Part shown: positions 30,607-40,844 of the stretch, one piece after another
Layout: each line of letters begins with the position of its first letter
Numbering within the stretch: the stretch's first letter is position 1
Source: Candidatus Omnitrophota bacterium
Lineage (GTDB): Bacteria > Omnitrophota > Gorgyraeia > Gygaellales > Profunditerraquicolaceae
Reading direction: 5' to 3'
Assembly: GCA_043812955.1 (NCBI GenBank)
Contig: JBDRLN010000066.1
Location: forward strand, 885-64,884
DNA: 64,000 nt
Program-made: the position numbers and the translations under genes
Notes under the pieces: model-generated
Databases searched by the model: none
Told to the model about the DNA's origin: nothing
Seen by the model: only the letters and a program-made list of their open reading frames with translations

Positions 30607-30684
30607 AGCTCCAGAAATTTGACCAACGCCCGATAGTGGGGTATAGATAAACAACAAGACACAATAGCGTGCCAAGAGTAGATA

Positions 30685-30718
30685 GGGGCGTTCTAAAAAA
30701 GAACGCCCTTTTATTTTT
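30685..30718 (+). terminator. Rho-independent terminator
   Basis: ggggcgttc-taaaaaa-gaacgccc followed by ttttatttttat. Confidence 0.7.
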
Positions 30719-31130
30719 ATGCTCCATATAAATGATAAATTTCTCTTAATCCTTTTGGTCTACTAAAAAGACAAAGAGAAAGCGGGTGAACCAAGGCGTT
30801 TTTTGCAAGATCTTGGGGCGAATCTCTAATTTGTTAGATCAGGGTTTCTTAATCCGAGCCCGACAGCTAACCCCGTAAGCCGATAATGAGAGAACACACC
30901 GGAGAATGCGTTCTCTGGTTTTTTTATTTGGTGGACGCCGCGCCTAAAAATCATAAACATTAACAAATATGTTTTTTGTATTAGAGCTTTTCAGGGGAGG
31001 CAATACTTAATCTAGAGATAAGTATTGTGTCTCTGGATAAATTTGTGGTAAAATATAAGCTAAAGATTGTAATAAGCATCCCGACTAATGGGTATGTTAG
31101 GTGTTAAGCTTTCTGCGCAAGGAGGAAGTT

Positions 31131-33320
31131 ATGGGATTAAGGCAAAAAGCATTATTCAGGATTAAGAACGTAGAATTGAAAAAGATCGAACACCCCAAGA
31201 AAATATCTTCTTATTTTGGCGAGAATACCTTTAGCTTGGAGACTATGCGAAAGCATATATCCAAGACTACCTTTGGGGCATTTAAGTCCTGGATGTCAGA
31301 AGGTAAGACTATAAATATTAAGCAGGCTGATGAGATTGCCGCAGCGATGAAGGATTGGGCGATCTCAAAAGGCGCGACTTATTATACGCACTGGTTTCAG
31401 CCGATGACCGGACTTACTGCCGAAAAGCACGATAGTTTTATTTCAGTAACCGGACCCGGAAAAGTTATTGAAAAATTCTCCGGAAATAAATTAATTCAGG
31501 GTGAGCCTGATGCTTCAAGTTTTCCTTCAGGCGGGATCAGGGCTACTTTTGAAGCCAGGGGATATACTGCCTGGGACCCCTCAAGTCCGGCTTTTATCAT
31601 TGAAAGCGCTTTAGGCAAAACTTTATGCATACCTACTATTTTTATTTCTTATCATGGTGAGGCTTTAGATAAAAAACTTCCCCTGCTTCGTTCTGATGAA
31701 GCCTTGAATAAATCAGCAACCAGATTACTAAGGGCCTTTGGCCGTAAAGACGTAAAAAAAGTTTTTTCCACCTGCGGACCGGAACAGGAATATTTTTTAA
31801 TCGACCGCAATTATTATAATTTAAGACAGGATTTGTTATTAACCGGCCGGACTTTAGTTGGGGCTGCCTCTCCTAAGGGCCAGCAGTTAGAAGATCAGTA
31901 TTTCGGGACGATCAAGGAGCGGGTAGTTAACTTTATGTTTGAGGTAGCCGAAGAAGCCTATAAGTTGGGTATTCCGGTAATGACCAGGCATAATGAAGTT
32001 GCTCCGCATCAATATGAATTCGCTCCTATATTTGAGGAGTCAAATTTAGCCGCGGACCATAATCAGCTTTTAATGGAGTTGATGAAAAAGGTGGCTTTAA
32101 GACACAACCTGATTTGTCTTTTGCATGAAAAACCTTTTGCTGGAATTAATGGAAGCGGAAAGCATATTAATTGGTCTTTAGCGGACAGTAAAGGGAACAA
32201 TCTGCTTAATCCCGGAGAGACTCCGGAGGATAATCTTCAGTTTTTAGCAGTGTTAGCAGCGGTATTAAGGGGGGTTTATCTGCATGGCGACCTGCTTAGG
32301 GCTAGTGTTGCTTTAGCCGGCAATGAGCACCGTTTAGGAGCTAATGAGGCACCGCCGGCGATTATCAGCGTTTTCTTAGGAGGGCAATTAACCACAATTC
32401 TGAATATGATTGAAAAAGGGGTAAAATCCAAGGTCTCCAAGCGTGATATTATTGATTTAGGGATAGCCCGCCTGCCAAAATTCAACAAAGACTATACTGA
32501 TAGAAATCGTACTTCTCCATTTGCCTTTACCGGTTCCAAGTTTGAATTCCGGGCCGTAGGTTCATCCCAGAATATCTCCACCGCTATCGCAGTGATCAAT
32601 ACTATTATTACTGAAAGCCTGGATTATGTCGCTGATAAGATCAGTAAGGCCCAAGGAGATGATTTCAGTGCTAAAGTAATGCAAGTGATCGCTCAGGTAG
32701 TTAAGGAAACTAAGGATATCCGTTTTGAAGGGAATAATTATTCTCAAGATTGGATAAAAGCAGCTAAGAAAAGAGGCCTGCCTAATATCGCCTCAACAAT
32801 AGAGGCGCTTAAGGCTTTGACCGAACAGAAAAATATCAATCTTTTTGAAAGATATAATGTTTTCTCCCGGGAAGAATTAATTGCCCGGCATCATATATGG
32901 GTCCAAATGTATAACCTGACCCTGGAAATCGAGGCTAATACCTTAAATGAAATGGTCAACGCCAGCATCGTGCCGGCAGGATATGAATACGAAAAACTCC
33001 TGGCAGGAAACCTTAAAAAAATAGTTGAGCTGGTAAAACAAGCTAAACTTAAGCTGAGCCCGGATGTAATCAAAGACCAGAAAGAACATTTAAGTGATGT
33101 GGTCAGCAAGATCTATTATGTCCGGCGCAATACCAAAGAATTAGTAAAGCTTTTGGAAAAAGCCAAAGGCAGGAATAATGACTCTAGGGCCAATTTGTAT
33201 TTTAAGGAACTTAAGCCCTTAATGGAGCATATCCGCAAGCATGTGGATGCCTTAGAATGCGTTGTCCCGGATGAGCTTTGGGAATTACCGAAATACCGGG
33301 AAATGCTTTTTATTAAATAG
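31131..33320 (+). CDS. glnN: Glutamine synthetase type III
   Basis: ~730 aa with GS catalytic-domain motifs (NGSGKHINWSL). Length and N-terminal domain fit GSIII. Start moved to MGLRQ after an AAGGAGG RBS; the track ORF begins at 31101. Confidence 0.85.
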   Translation: MGLRQKALFRIKNVELKKIEHPKKISSYFGENTFSLETMRKHISKTTFGAFKSWMSEGKTINIKQADEIAAAMKDWAISKGATYYTHWFQPMTGLTAEKHDSFISVTGPGKVIEKFSGNKLIQGEPDASSFPSGGIRATFEARGYTAWDPSSPAFIIESALGKTLCIPTIFISYHGEALDKKLPLLRSDEALNKSATRLLRAFGRKDVKKVFSTCGPEQEYFLIDRNYYNLRQDLLLTGRTLVGAASPKGQQLEDQYFGTIKERVVNFMFEVAEEAYKLGIPVMTRHNEVAPHQYEFAPIFEESNLAADHNQLLMELMKKVALRHNLICLLHEKPFAGINGSGKHINWSLADSKGNNLLNPGETPEDNLQFLAVLAAVLRGVYLHGDLLRASVALAGNEHRLGANEAPPAIISVFLGGQLTTILNMIEKGVKSKVSKRDIIDLGIARLPKFNKDYTDRNRTSPFAFTGSKFEFRAVGSSQNISTAIAVINTIITESLDYVADKISKAQGDDFSAKVMQVIAQVVKETKDIRFEGNNYSQDWIKAAKKRGLPNIASTIEALKALTEQKNINLFERYNVFSREELIARHHIWVQMYNLTLEIEANTLNEMVNASIVPAGYEYEKLLAGNLKKIVELVKQAKLKLSPDVIKDQKEHLSDVVSKIYYVRRNTKELVKLLEKAKGRNNDSRANLYFKELKPLMEHIRKHVDALECVVPDELWELPKYREMLFIK

Positions 33321-33468
33321 AAACCTAGAACAGCCAGGCACGTTGTAGTGCCTTAACTAAACCGCAAAAGAACAAAGGCGTTCATCACCATTATCATCGG
33401 GATGGACGCCTTTTTATTAGAAAAATCTGACTTGCTTTTAATTTAATCTAAGTTAAAATATTAAACTT

Positions 33469-34650
33469 ATGGATAATCCAGCAATATTAGCCTTAGAAGA
33501 CGGTAGAATATTCAAGGGCAAGTCTTTTGGCGCCTCCGGCGAAAGATTTGGCGAGGTAGTTTTTAATACCAGTATGGCCGGGTACCAGGAGATACTTACT
33601 GACCCTTCTTATAAAGGCCAGATTGTGACTATGACTTATCCTCTGATCGGAAATTACGGGGTGAATAAGGAAGATGTAGAATCATTTAAGCCTTTTGTCG
33701 AAGGTTTTGTAGTCAAAGAATATAGTAAGATCGCCAGCAATTGGCGGTCCCAAACTACATTGGGGGAGTATCTTAAGGAAAATGATATTTTAGGAATTGA
33801 AGGTATAGATACCCGGGCCTTGACTTTGCATATCAGGCGAGCCGGAGCAATGAAAGCAGTTTTATCAACTATTGACCTGGATGAGAATAGTCTGATTGAA
33901 AAAGCCAGGAATTCTTCCGGGTTGGAAGGAATTGACCTAGTTAAAGAAGTTACCTGTAAGAAAAAATATATCCTCCTTCGTCAAACTCTTAGTGTGCTTG
34001 GTTCCAGAGGATTATCCGCCGAAGCTTTAGCGAAGGCGGATAGCCGGTCAAAAATAAATAAGGTTGGGTGTAAAATTGCAGTGCTTGATTGCGGAGTAAA
34101 ATACAATATATTAAGGGAGCTTTTAAAATACGGTTGTCAGGTTAATGTGGTTCCGGCATTCACAACTGCTGAGGAAATACTTAAAGATAAACCCGACGGA
34201 ATTTTGCTTTCTAATGGACCGGGAGATCCGGCAGCAGTTACATATGTAGTAGATACTGTTCGGAAATTGATCGGCAAAGTTCCGCTTTTTGGGATCTGCC
34301 TGGGTCAACAGATGTTAGGGTTGGCTCTGGGCGGGAAAACTTATAAACTTAAATTCGGCCATCACGGAGGAAACCAGCCGGTTAAGGATTTGAAAACCGG
34401 GAAAGTTTCTATCACTTGTCAGAATCACGGGTTCTGTGTAGATATCGATTCTTTACCCAAAAAAGATATTGAGATAACCCATAAGAATTTAAATGATCAA
34501 ACCCTGGAAGGTTTCCGGCATAAGAAATTTCCGATATTTTCTGTGCAGTTTCATCCTGAATCTTCTCCCGGTCCTCATGACGCGAGCTATTTATTTGAAG
34601 AATTTATTAAGTTAATTAAAAAGCAGGGACGGTTCTCAAAACAAAGCTAA
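33469..34650 (+). CDS. carA: Carbamoyl-phosphate synthase small subunit
   Basis: CPSase_sm_chain N-domain + class I GATase (GICLGQQ, HHGGN). C-terminal residues KKQGRFSKQS are derived from the MITE copy. Confidence 0.9.
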   Translation: MDNPAILALEDGRIFKGKSFGASGERFGEVVFNTSMAGYQEILTDPSYKGQIVTMTYPLIGNYGVNKEDVESFKPFVEGFVVKEYSKIASNWRSQTTLGEYLKENDILGIEGIDTRALTLHIRRAGAMKAVLSTIDLDENSLIEKARNSSGLEGIDLVKEVTCKKKYILLRQTLSVLGSRGLSAEALAKADSRSKINKVGCKIAVLDCGVKYNILRELLKYGCQVNVVPAFTTAEEILKDKPDGILLSNGPGDPAAVTYVVDTVRKLIGKVPLFGICLGQQMLGLALGGKTYKLKFGHHGGNQPVKDLKTGKVSITCQNHGFCVDIDSLPKKDIEITHKNLNDQTLEGFRHKKFPIFSVQFHPESSPGPHDASYLFEEFIKLIKKQGRFSKQS

Positions 34651-34699
34651 AGTGTCCCCTAAAAGGGGACACTTTAAGATTGCGCTGAGAACCGTCCCC
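34626..34699. repeat. MITE-like nested-palindrome element, copy 2 (family A)
   Basis: Same element as at 9140; overlaps the 3' end of carA. Confidence 0.85.
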
Positions 34700-34708
34700 G
34701 ATTAAAAA

Positions 34709-36370
34709 ATGCCTAAACGTAAAGACATCAAGAAAATAATGATTATTGGCTCAGGACCGATTGTCATCGGCCAGGCCTGTGAATTTGATTATTCCGGATC
34801 CCAGGCCTGCAAAGTTTTAAGGCAAGAGGGATTTCAGGTGATCTTGGTTAATTCTAATCCGGCTACTATCATGACTGATCCGGATATGGCAGATGCGACC
34901 TATATTGAGCCAATTACCCCGGATATAGTTGAGAAGATCATTGCCTTGGAAAGGCCTGACGCCCTGCTTCCTACTTTAGGCGGCCAGACTGCTTTAAATA
35001 CTACAGTTATTTTAGCTGAAAGAGGGGTATTAAAAAAATATAAAGTTGAAACTATCGGAGCAAACATCAAGGCGATTAAAAAAGCTGAAGACAGAAAGTT
35101 ATTCAAAGAGGCAATGCAAAAGATTGGCCTGGATTTGCCTAAAAGCGGAAGGGCTTATAATTTAAACGAGGCTTTAGAAGTTGCTGGAGAAATTGGGTTT
35201 CCTTTGATCATCCGGCCCAGTTTTACTTTGGGTGGTACCGGTGGAAGTATGGCTTATAATATCGAAGAGTTTAAAGGACTGGCTAAGCATGGTTTGGAAT
35301 CGAGCATGATCAACGAGATTCTGATTGAAGAATCTGTAGTTGGTTGGAAAGAATACGAATTAGAGGTAATGCGGGATTTAAAAGATAATGTAGTAATCAT
35401 CTGTTCTATTGAGAATTTTGATCCGATGGGAGTGCATACCGGCGATAGTATTACCGTTGCCCCTATTCAGACTCTGACTGACCGGGAATACCAGAAGATG
35501 CGCGATAGCGCTATTGCCTGTATCCGGGAGATCGGAGTTGAAACCGGCGGTTCTAATATCCAGTTCGGCGTGCATCCTCAAACCGGAAGGCAGGTAGTTA
35601 TTGAAATGAATCCCCGGGTTTCCCGCAGCTCAGCTTTAGCATCCAAAGCTACCGGTTTTCCTATCGCTAAAATAGCCGCCAAGTTAGCCGTTGGTTATAC
35701 CTTAGATGAGATAGCTAACGATATTACCAAAGAGACTCCGGCTTGTTTTGAGCCGGCAATAGATTATTGTGTGGTAAAAATTCCCCGGTTTACTTTTGAA
35801 AAATTCCGGGGAGCTAATACAGAACTTACTGTTTCCATGAAATCAGTTGGCGAGGTGATGTCTATCGGCAGGACTTTTAAAGAAGCTTTACAAAAGGGGA
35901 TTCGCTCTTTAGAGATAAAAAAATACGGTTTAGACAGCCTGATTTTTGCGGATTTGTCCAGGATAAGTCCGACTCCGGGAGAATTGGATATTATAGACCA
36001 GAAATTAAGGACACCTAACGCTGAAAGATTATTTTATCTGGCTGACGCTTTACGCTGCGGCATGGATATTGATAAGATCTATGAAATGACCAAGATCGAC
36101 CGCTGGTTTATTTATAATATTAAAGAGATCATTGATCTGGAGAAAGAAATTATAAAAAATAAAGCTAATCTCGAAAAAGAGTTTTTAATTACCGCCAAAC
36201 AATACGGCTTTAGCGATAAACAATTAGCTAGGCTTACCGGTAAAGCCGAAGAAGATATTTATAAACTTCGTAAGTCTTTTAACATCTCTCCTGATTTTAA
36301 GCTAGTGGATACCTGCGCCGCCGAATTCCAAGCCCACACTCCTTATTTTTACTCCACCTACGACAAATAG
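34709..36370 (+). CDS. carB: Carbamoyl-phosphate synthase large subunit, N-terminal half only (split carB)
   Basis: 553 aa covering the carboxyphosphate ATP-grasp domain plus oligomerisation domain. A true stop follows ...FYSTYDK. No second half downstream. Confidence 0.85.
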   Translation: MPKRKDIKKIMIIGSGPIVIGQACEFDYSGSQACKVLRQEGFQVILVNSNPATIMTDPDMADATYIEPITPDIVEKIIALERPDALLPTLGGQTALNTTVILAERGVLKKYKVETIGANIKAIKKAEDRKLFKEAMQKIGLDLPKSGRAYNLNEALEVAGEIGFPLIIRPSFTLGGTGGSMAYNIEEFKGLAKHGLESSMINEILIEESVVGWKEYELEVMRDLKDNVVIICSIENFDPMGVHTGDSITVAPIQTLTDREYQKMRDSAIACIREIGVETGGSNIQFGVHPQTGRQVVIEMNPRVSRSSALASKATGFPIAKIAAKLAVGYTLDEIANDITKETPACFEPAIDYCVVKIPRFTFEKFRGANTELTVSMKSVGEVMSIGRTFKEALQKGIRSLEIKKYGLDSLIFADLSRISPTPGELDIIDQKLRTPNAERLFYLADALRCGMDIDKIYEMTKIDRWFIYNIKEIIDLEKEIIKNKANLEKEFLITAKQYGFSDKQLARLTGKAEEDIYKLRKSFNISPDFKLVDTCAAEFQAHTPYFYSTYDK

Positions 36371-36372
36371 AG

Positions 36373-36413
36373 GGACACCCTTGCAGACAAAGCTAAGGAT
36401 GTCCCTTTTTTTA
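36373..36413 (+). terminator. Hairpin + U7 terminator that looks like a degenerate inner arm of the family-A element
   Basis: gggacaccc...acaaagctaaggatgtccc ttttttt. Compare acaaagctaaagtgtccc in the family-A copies. Confidence 0.5.
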
Positions 36414-36415
36414 TT

Positions 36416-36463
36416 CACCCCGTAGGTGGATTTAGGTCAAGCATGATATCCACCTACGGGGTG
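36416..36463. repeat. Hairpin repeat family B (caccccgtaggtgga-N18-tccacctacggggtg)
   Basis: Near-identical copy at 54760-54807 (loops also similar). Shorter relatives at 62683-62707 and 25915-25947. Confidence 0.85.
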
Positions 36464-36538
36464 TGTATGATTGCTCTTGACGCAGAGGGTTCTTAGGCAT
36501 AAAATACCTTATATTATTATCAATAAAAAGGAGAATTA

Positions 36539-37540
36539 ATGAAAAAAACTCTAGCTTTATTTCTAACAGTGATTTTTTTATCCGGATGTGCTACTTATAA
36601 ATACCAGCCCGGGAAAAAACCGTATGATGAGGGATATATAATCACTCGTAATCAACAGACTGTCCTAGAGTATACCTTAGGCGAGAATAATACAGTCCCG
36701 GATAAAGATTTAGCTACAGAGAGGTTCAAGAGGCGCAGAAAAGCCGTGGAGATTTTTTATAAGCGAATGGGCTATATTGAAAGTTACTACCGGCTTTATT
36801 TCTGGAATCATGTAGCGATGATGGCAGATGCGATCGGCGGGATTTTCCGGATGCCGGGAGTGGCTATTTCCGACTATAAATATAATCATGATCCCAAATA
36901 CAGGGAAAAGATTATAAAGCTCGAGGATGAGCAGGAGGCCAAAGAAGAAGTCAGGATAAATAAAATCAAGGCTGAATTAAGGGAGTATGTGAAAGAAGAT
37001 CTAGAAAGAGAAAAAGGCTTTTCTCTGCCAGTCAAAGAGACTAAACCTAAAGCTTCGGCTAAAATTAAGAAAATCAAATCTGCGGATTCATCTCAGCTGA
37101 TTGTGGAGATGGAAACACAGCCAAAGCCACAGCCAAAGCCCAAAGAGATTAAGCCTGAAAAAGTTAAGCCTGAAAAAGTTAAACCTGAAAAAGCTAAACC
37201 TGAAAAAGCTAAACCTGAAAAGGTTAAACCTAAAGTTATTGAGGCCCAGGGCCAGGCTGTTCCCCAACAGCCGGTAGCAGTGATAACCGCTAAACCCCAA
37301 AAAGGATACTCGCCTTTAATGGTTAAATTTTCAGCCAATAAATCTTATTCTCCTAAAGCCAGAATAGTTTCTTATTCTTGGGATTTTGGCGATTCCGATA
37401 CTTCTAATAAACCAACCGCTGTTAATACTTATTGGAGTGGTTCGTTTGAGCCCCGCTATTTTAATGTTATATTGACTGTTAAGGATTCCAACGGCAACAC
37501 TGCTCAGGCCAATACTACAATCGAGGTTATGAATAAATAG
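36539..37540 (+). CDS. Lipoprotein with KPEK(V/A) pentapeptide tandem repeats and a C-terminal PKD domain
   Basis: Lipobox FLSGCA. The 15-nt repeats coding for KPEKV/KPEKA recur 5-6 times. PKD signature SYSWDFGDSDTS...NVILTVKDSNG. Confidence 0.7.
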   Translation: MKKTLALFLTVIFLSGCATYKYQPGKKPYDEGYIITRNQQTVLEYTLGENNTVPDKDLATERFKRRRKAVEIFYKRMGYIESYYRLYFWNHVAMMADAIGGIFRMPGVAISDYKYNHDPKYREKIIKLEDEQEAKEEVRINKIKAELREYVKEDLEREKGFSLPVKETKPKASAKIKKIKSADSSQLIVEMETQPKPQPKPKEIKPEKVKPEKVKPEKAKPEKAKPEKVKPKVIEAQGQAVPQQPVAVITAKPQKGYSPLMVKFSANKSYSPKARIVSYSWDFGDSDTSNKPTAVNTYWSGSFEPRYFNVILTVKDSNGNTAQANTTIEVMNK

Positions 37541-37560
37541 GTTTAGAAAGAAAGGAAGTA

Positions 37561-39087
37561 ATGTTAAATAAAAACGGTTTTGATAATGAAAAATATTTAA
37601 AAGAGCAGACCGCTGCGATCCTGAACCGGGTCAAGAAATTCGATAACAAGCTTTATCTGGAATTCGGAGGAAAGCTTTGTTTTGATTATCATGCGGCCCG
37701 CGTTCTTCCTGGTTACGACCCCAATGTTAAAATAAGGCTTTTACAGTCTTTAAAAGATAAAATCGATATTGTCCTGTGTATTTATGCCGGAGATATTGAA
37801 AAAGGCAGGGTGCGCGGAGATTTCGGGATAACTTATGACGCGGCTACCTTTAAATTGATCGATGATTTGAGGAAATGGGGTTTGGATATTTTGTCGGTAG
37901 TAATTACTCGGTTTGCGAACCAGCCTTTAAGCGTAATTTTTAAGAATAAATTAGAACGCCGGGGAGTTAAGGTAAACTTACATTATCCGATAGAAGGTTA
38001 TTCTACTAATTTTGATTTTGTAGTCAGCGAAAACGGTTTTGGTAAAAACGATTATATCGAAACTAAAAATCCAATTGTGATAATTACCGGGCCTGGGCCT
38101 AACAGCGGTAAGTTATCCACCTGCCTCTCTCAGTTATATCATGAACATAAAAGAGGAATAAATGCCGGCTATGCCAAGTTTGAGACTTTTCCTATCTGGA
38201 ATATGCCTTTGAAACATCCGGTAAATGTAGCTTATGAGGCAGCTACCGCTGATATCCTGGATTTTAATCTAGTTGATCCTTTTCACCTTGAGAAATACCA
38301 GGAGGCAGCCATAAATTACAACCGGGATGTGGAAAGCTTCCCTATTCTGAAATTAATCCTGACTAAAATCCTGGATAAACAAGCCGATATGCCGATGTAT
38401 AATTCTCCGACGGATATGGGGGTTAACCGGGCTGGTTTCGGGATCGTGGATGATAAAGTGGTTCAGGAAGCAGCTAAACAGGAATTGATCCGGCGTTATT
38501 TCAGGTATAATGGCGAATATTTATTAGGGGTTGAGAAGAAAGAGACAGTGGATCGGGCAGGTTTGTTAATGGAGGAATTAGGAATAAAGGTTACGGATAG
38601 GATAGTGGTTGAACCGGCCAGAAAGACCGCTGAAGAGGCTGAAAGCAAAGGCAAGGGTAATTCCGGTATTTATTGCGGAGCAGCTATCCAGTTACGCGAC
38701 GGCAGGATTATAACCGGAAAGAATTCTTATCTTATGCATGCGGCTCCCAGCCTGGTCTTAAACGCAGTCAAAGTTTTAGCGAATATACCGGATGAGATCT
38801 TGCTTTTATCCCCTCATATTATAAGCCAGATCTCCAAATTAAAAGAAGGTATACTGGGTAATGAAACAGAGAGCCTGGATTTGGAAGAGGCCTTGATCGC
38901 TCTTTCGATCAGCGCCGCTACTAATCATACTGCTGAAGTAGCGATGAATAAATTGGTAGAATTAAAAGGGTGCGAAGTGCATATGACCCATATCCCTACT
39001 CCTGGAGATGAAGTGGGGCTTAAAAGGCTGGGAGTAAATCTGACTACCGATGGGAAGTTTTCTTCCCGTAACCTCTTTGTTACTTAA
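37561..39087 (+). CDS. DUF1846/UPF0371-family protein (function unknown)
   Basis: ~500-aa soluble protein. The family assignment is from memory of the UPF0371 size/N-terminus and is tentative. Confidence 0.6.
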   Translation: MLNKNGFDNEKYLKEQTAAILNRVKKFDNKLYLEFGGKLCFDYHAARVLPGYDPNVKIRLLQSLKDKIDIVLCIYAGDIEKGRVRGDFGITYDAATFKLIDDLRKWGLDILSVVITRFANQPLSVIFKNKLERRGVKVNLHYPIEGYSTNFDFVVSENGFGKNDYIETKNPIVIITGPGPNSGKLSTCLSQLYHEHKRGINAGYAKFETFPIWNMPLKHPVNVAYEAATADILDFNLVDPFHLEKYQEAAINYNRDVESFPILKLILTKILDKQADMPMYNSPTDMGVNRAGFGIVDDKVVQEAAKQELIRRYFRYNGEYLLGVEKKETVDRAGLLMEELGIKVTDRIVVEPARKTAEEAESKGKGNSGIYCGAAIQLRDGRIITGKNSYLMHAAPSLVLNAVKVLANIPDEILLLSPHIISQISKLKEGILGNETESLDLEEALIALSISAATNHTAEVAMNKLVELKGCEVHMTHIPTPGDEVGLKRLGVNLTTDGKFSSRNLFVT

Positions 39088-39099
39088 TTAAGGAGTTTC

Positions 39100-40494
39100 G
39101 TGTCCGTACGAATAAAATTTCTCGGCGGAGTCAGGTCAGTCACCGGCTCAAGCCACTTAATTTCTACAGATAAATCTGAGATACTCTTAGACGCCGGATT
39201 ATTCCATGGCCACCGGAATGATTTCTACGATATCAATACTACCTTCAGTTATAATCCCCGTAAACTTAATGCCATGCTTTTATCCCATGCCCATATTGAC
39301 CATAGCGGGAATATCCCCAGCCTCCTAAAAAAAGGGATGCGCTGTAAGATATATACTACTGAAGCCACCAGGGATCTATGCAAATTAATGCTCGAAGATT
39401 CTGGTAAGATCCAGGAAGAAGATATCCGGTATGTAAATAAAATTAACCGTAGATTAGGTCTGCCTTTAAGAAAAGTGCTTTATAACAGGAAAGAGGCCCG
39501 CCACGCTGCCAAGAGGTTTCATCCGGTTCCTTATAGCCAGAAGACTTGTGTGGCTAATAATGCTTTTGCTACTTTTTATGATGCTGGTCATATTCTGGGT
39601 TCTTCGATCATAGTATTAGATATCCGGGATGGAACCCGCAGCCTACGTTTAGGTTATGCAGTAGATTTAGGCAGAAGAAATCTTCCTCTATTAAACGATC
39701 CCTTTATTCCTACGGGCCTGGATTATCTGATTATAGAGAGCACTTATGGGGGAAGGGTACGGCCTCCAATTGAAGAAGCCAAGATCAAGCTTAAAGAGGT
39801 AATTTTACGTACAATCGAGCGCAAGGGAAAGATCCTGATCCCGGCTTTTACCCTGGAACGCACCCAGGAAGTGCTCTATTTTTTAAGCGAACTCTTTAAA
39901 GATAAATCTCTCCCGTTTATCCCGGTTTATGTTGATAGCCCATTAGCGACGGATATAACCGACGTATTTAAATACCACTTGGATTATCTTAATCAAGAGA
40001 CCCGCCAGCACATATCCCAAGGCCAGAGCCCTTTTGAATTCCTGAATTTGAGTTATATCCGCGACCAGAAAGAATCCAAAGTCTTAAATAATGACCGCCG
40101 GCCAATGATTATCATTGCCGGGTGCGGAATGTGCGAAGCCGGAAGGATCGTCCATCACATTAAAAACAATATTGAGGATTCCCGCAATACTATATTAGTA
40201 GTCGGTTATATGGCCAAAAATACTTTAGGCAAGAGGATTGTAGAAAAAAATCCCTTTGTGCGTATATTTGGCATTGAATACCAGCTAAATGCCGAGGTAG
40301 TGGTGATCAATTCATTTTCCGGGCACGCGGATAAGAATGAACTGACTGATTTTATAACCCAATCCTTGCCTTTAAAAAGGATATTCTTAGTCCACGGAGA
40401 TATGGAGCAGACCCAGCCTTTATTCGATAGCCTCTCTCAAATATGCCAAAATGTATATATCCCGGCAAAAGACGAAGAAATCTTGCTTGAATAG
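39100..40494 (+). CDS. beta-CASP family MBL-fold RNA-processing nuclease (RNase J/CPSF-like)
   Basis: HAHIDHSG metallo-beta-lactamase motif 2, beta-CASP region motifs and a C-terminal His; 464 aa. Confidence 0.8.
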   Translation: MSVRIKFLGGVRSVTGSSHLISTDKSEILLDAGLFHGHRNDFYDINTTFSYNPRKLNAMLLSHAHIDHSGNIPSLLKKGMRCKIYTTEATRDLCKLMLEDSGKIQEEDIRYVNKINRRLGLPLRKVLYNRKEARHAAKRFHPVPYSQKTCVANNAFATFYDAGHILGSSIIVLDIRDGTRSLRLGYAVDLGRRNLPLLNDPFIPTGLDYLIIESTYGGRVRPPIEEAKIKLKEVILRTIERKGKILIPAFTLERTQEVLYFLSELFKDKSLPFIPVYVDSPLATDITDVFKYHLDYLNQETRQHISQGQSPFEFLNLSYIRDQKESKVLNNDRRPMIIIAGCGMCEAGRIVHHIKNNIEDSRNTILVVGYMAKNTLGKRIVEKNPFVRIFGIEYQLNAEVVVINSFSGHADKNELTDFITQSLPLKRIFLVHGDMEQTQPLFDSLSQICQNVYIPAKDEEILLE

Positions 40495-40610
40495 GGAATA
40501 TGTGGTACTATAATTTCTCATAATTTAGGAATAGGTAGGGATAAAGGTAAAGAAAACCATCCTATACCTATTCCTTTACCTATACCTAATCTATTTAAGG
40601 AGGATTACAA

Positions 40611-40838
40611 ATGGTAGGCGGATTTTCGACACCCAAAAAAGATAAAGAACTTAAGGTCTCCGGAGGAGAAAAAGTAAAAAAAGGCCAGATTCTCTGCCGG
40701 CAGGTAGGCGGGTATAAAGCCGGTGTTAATGTAAGCGGCATAGCTATTTTACATGCTGATTGTGACGGAAAAGTATCTTTCTCGCGCAAAAAGACCGGCT
40801 CCGGTAAATTAAGGACTTATATTAACGTTTTGTCTTAG
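40611..40838 (+). CDS. rpmA: 50S ribosomal protein L27
   Basis: GGEKVKKGQILCRQVGGYKAGVNV...ADCDGKVSF aligns with L27 (GGESV..GSIIVRQRGTKFHAGANV...AKADGKVKF). AAGGAGG RBS. Not adjacent to rplU. Confidence 0.75.
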   Translation: MVGGFSTPKKDKELKVSGGEKVKKGQILCRQVGGYKAGVNVSGIAILHADCDGKVSFSRKKTGSGKLRTYINVLS

Positions 40839-40844
40839 AGGTAT

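Noticed and set aside
30740-30930. Possible small RNA gene (SRP/6S/tmRNA/glutamine riboswitch) upstream of glnN
   Set aside because: Hairpins and a terminator-like stem (gagaac...gttctc + U-run) are present. I could not recognise any diagnostic conserved motif of those RNA families by eye; it needs an Infernal scan.
37088-37338. Two overlapping minus-strand ORFs with FSGLAFSGL / FRFSFF repeats
   Set aside because: They are the reverse-complement reading of the KPEKV tandem repeats in the lipoprotein gene.
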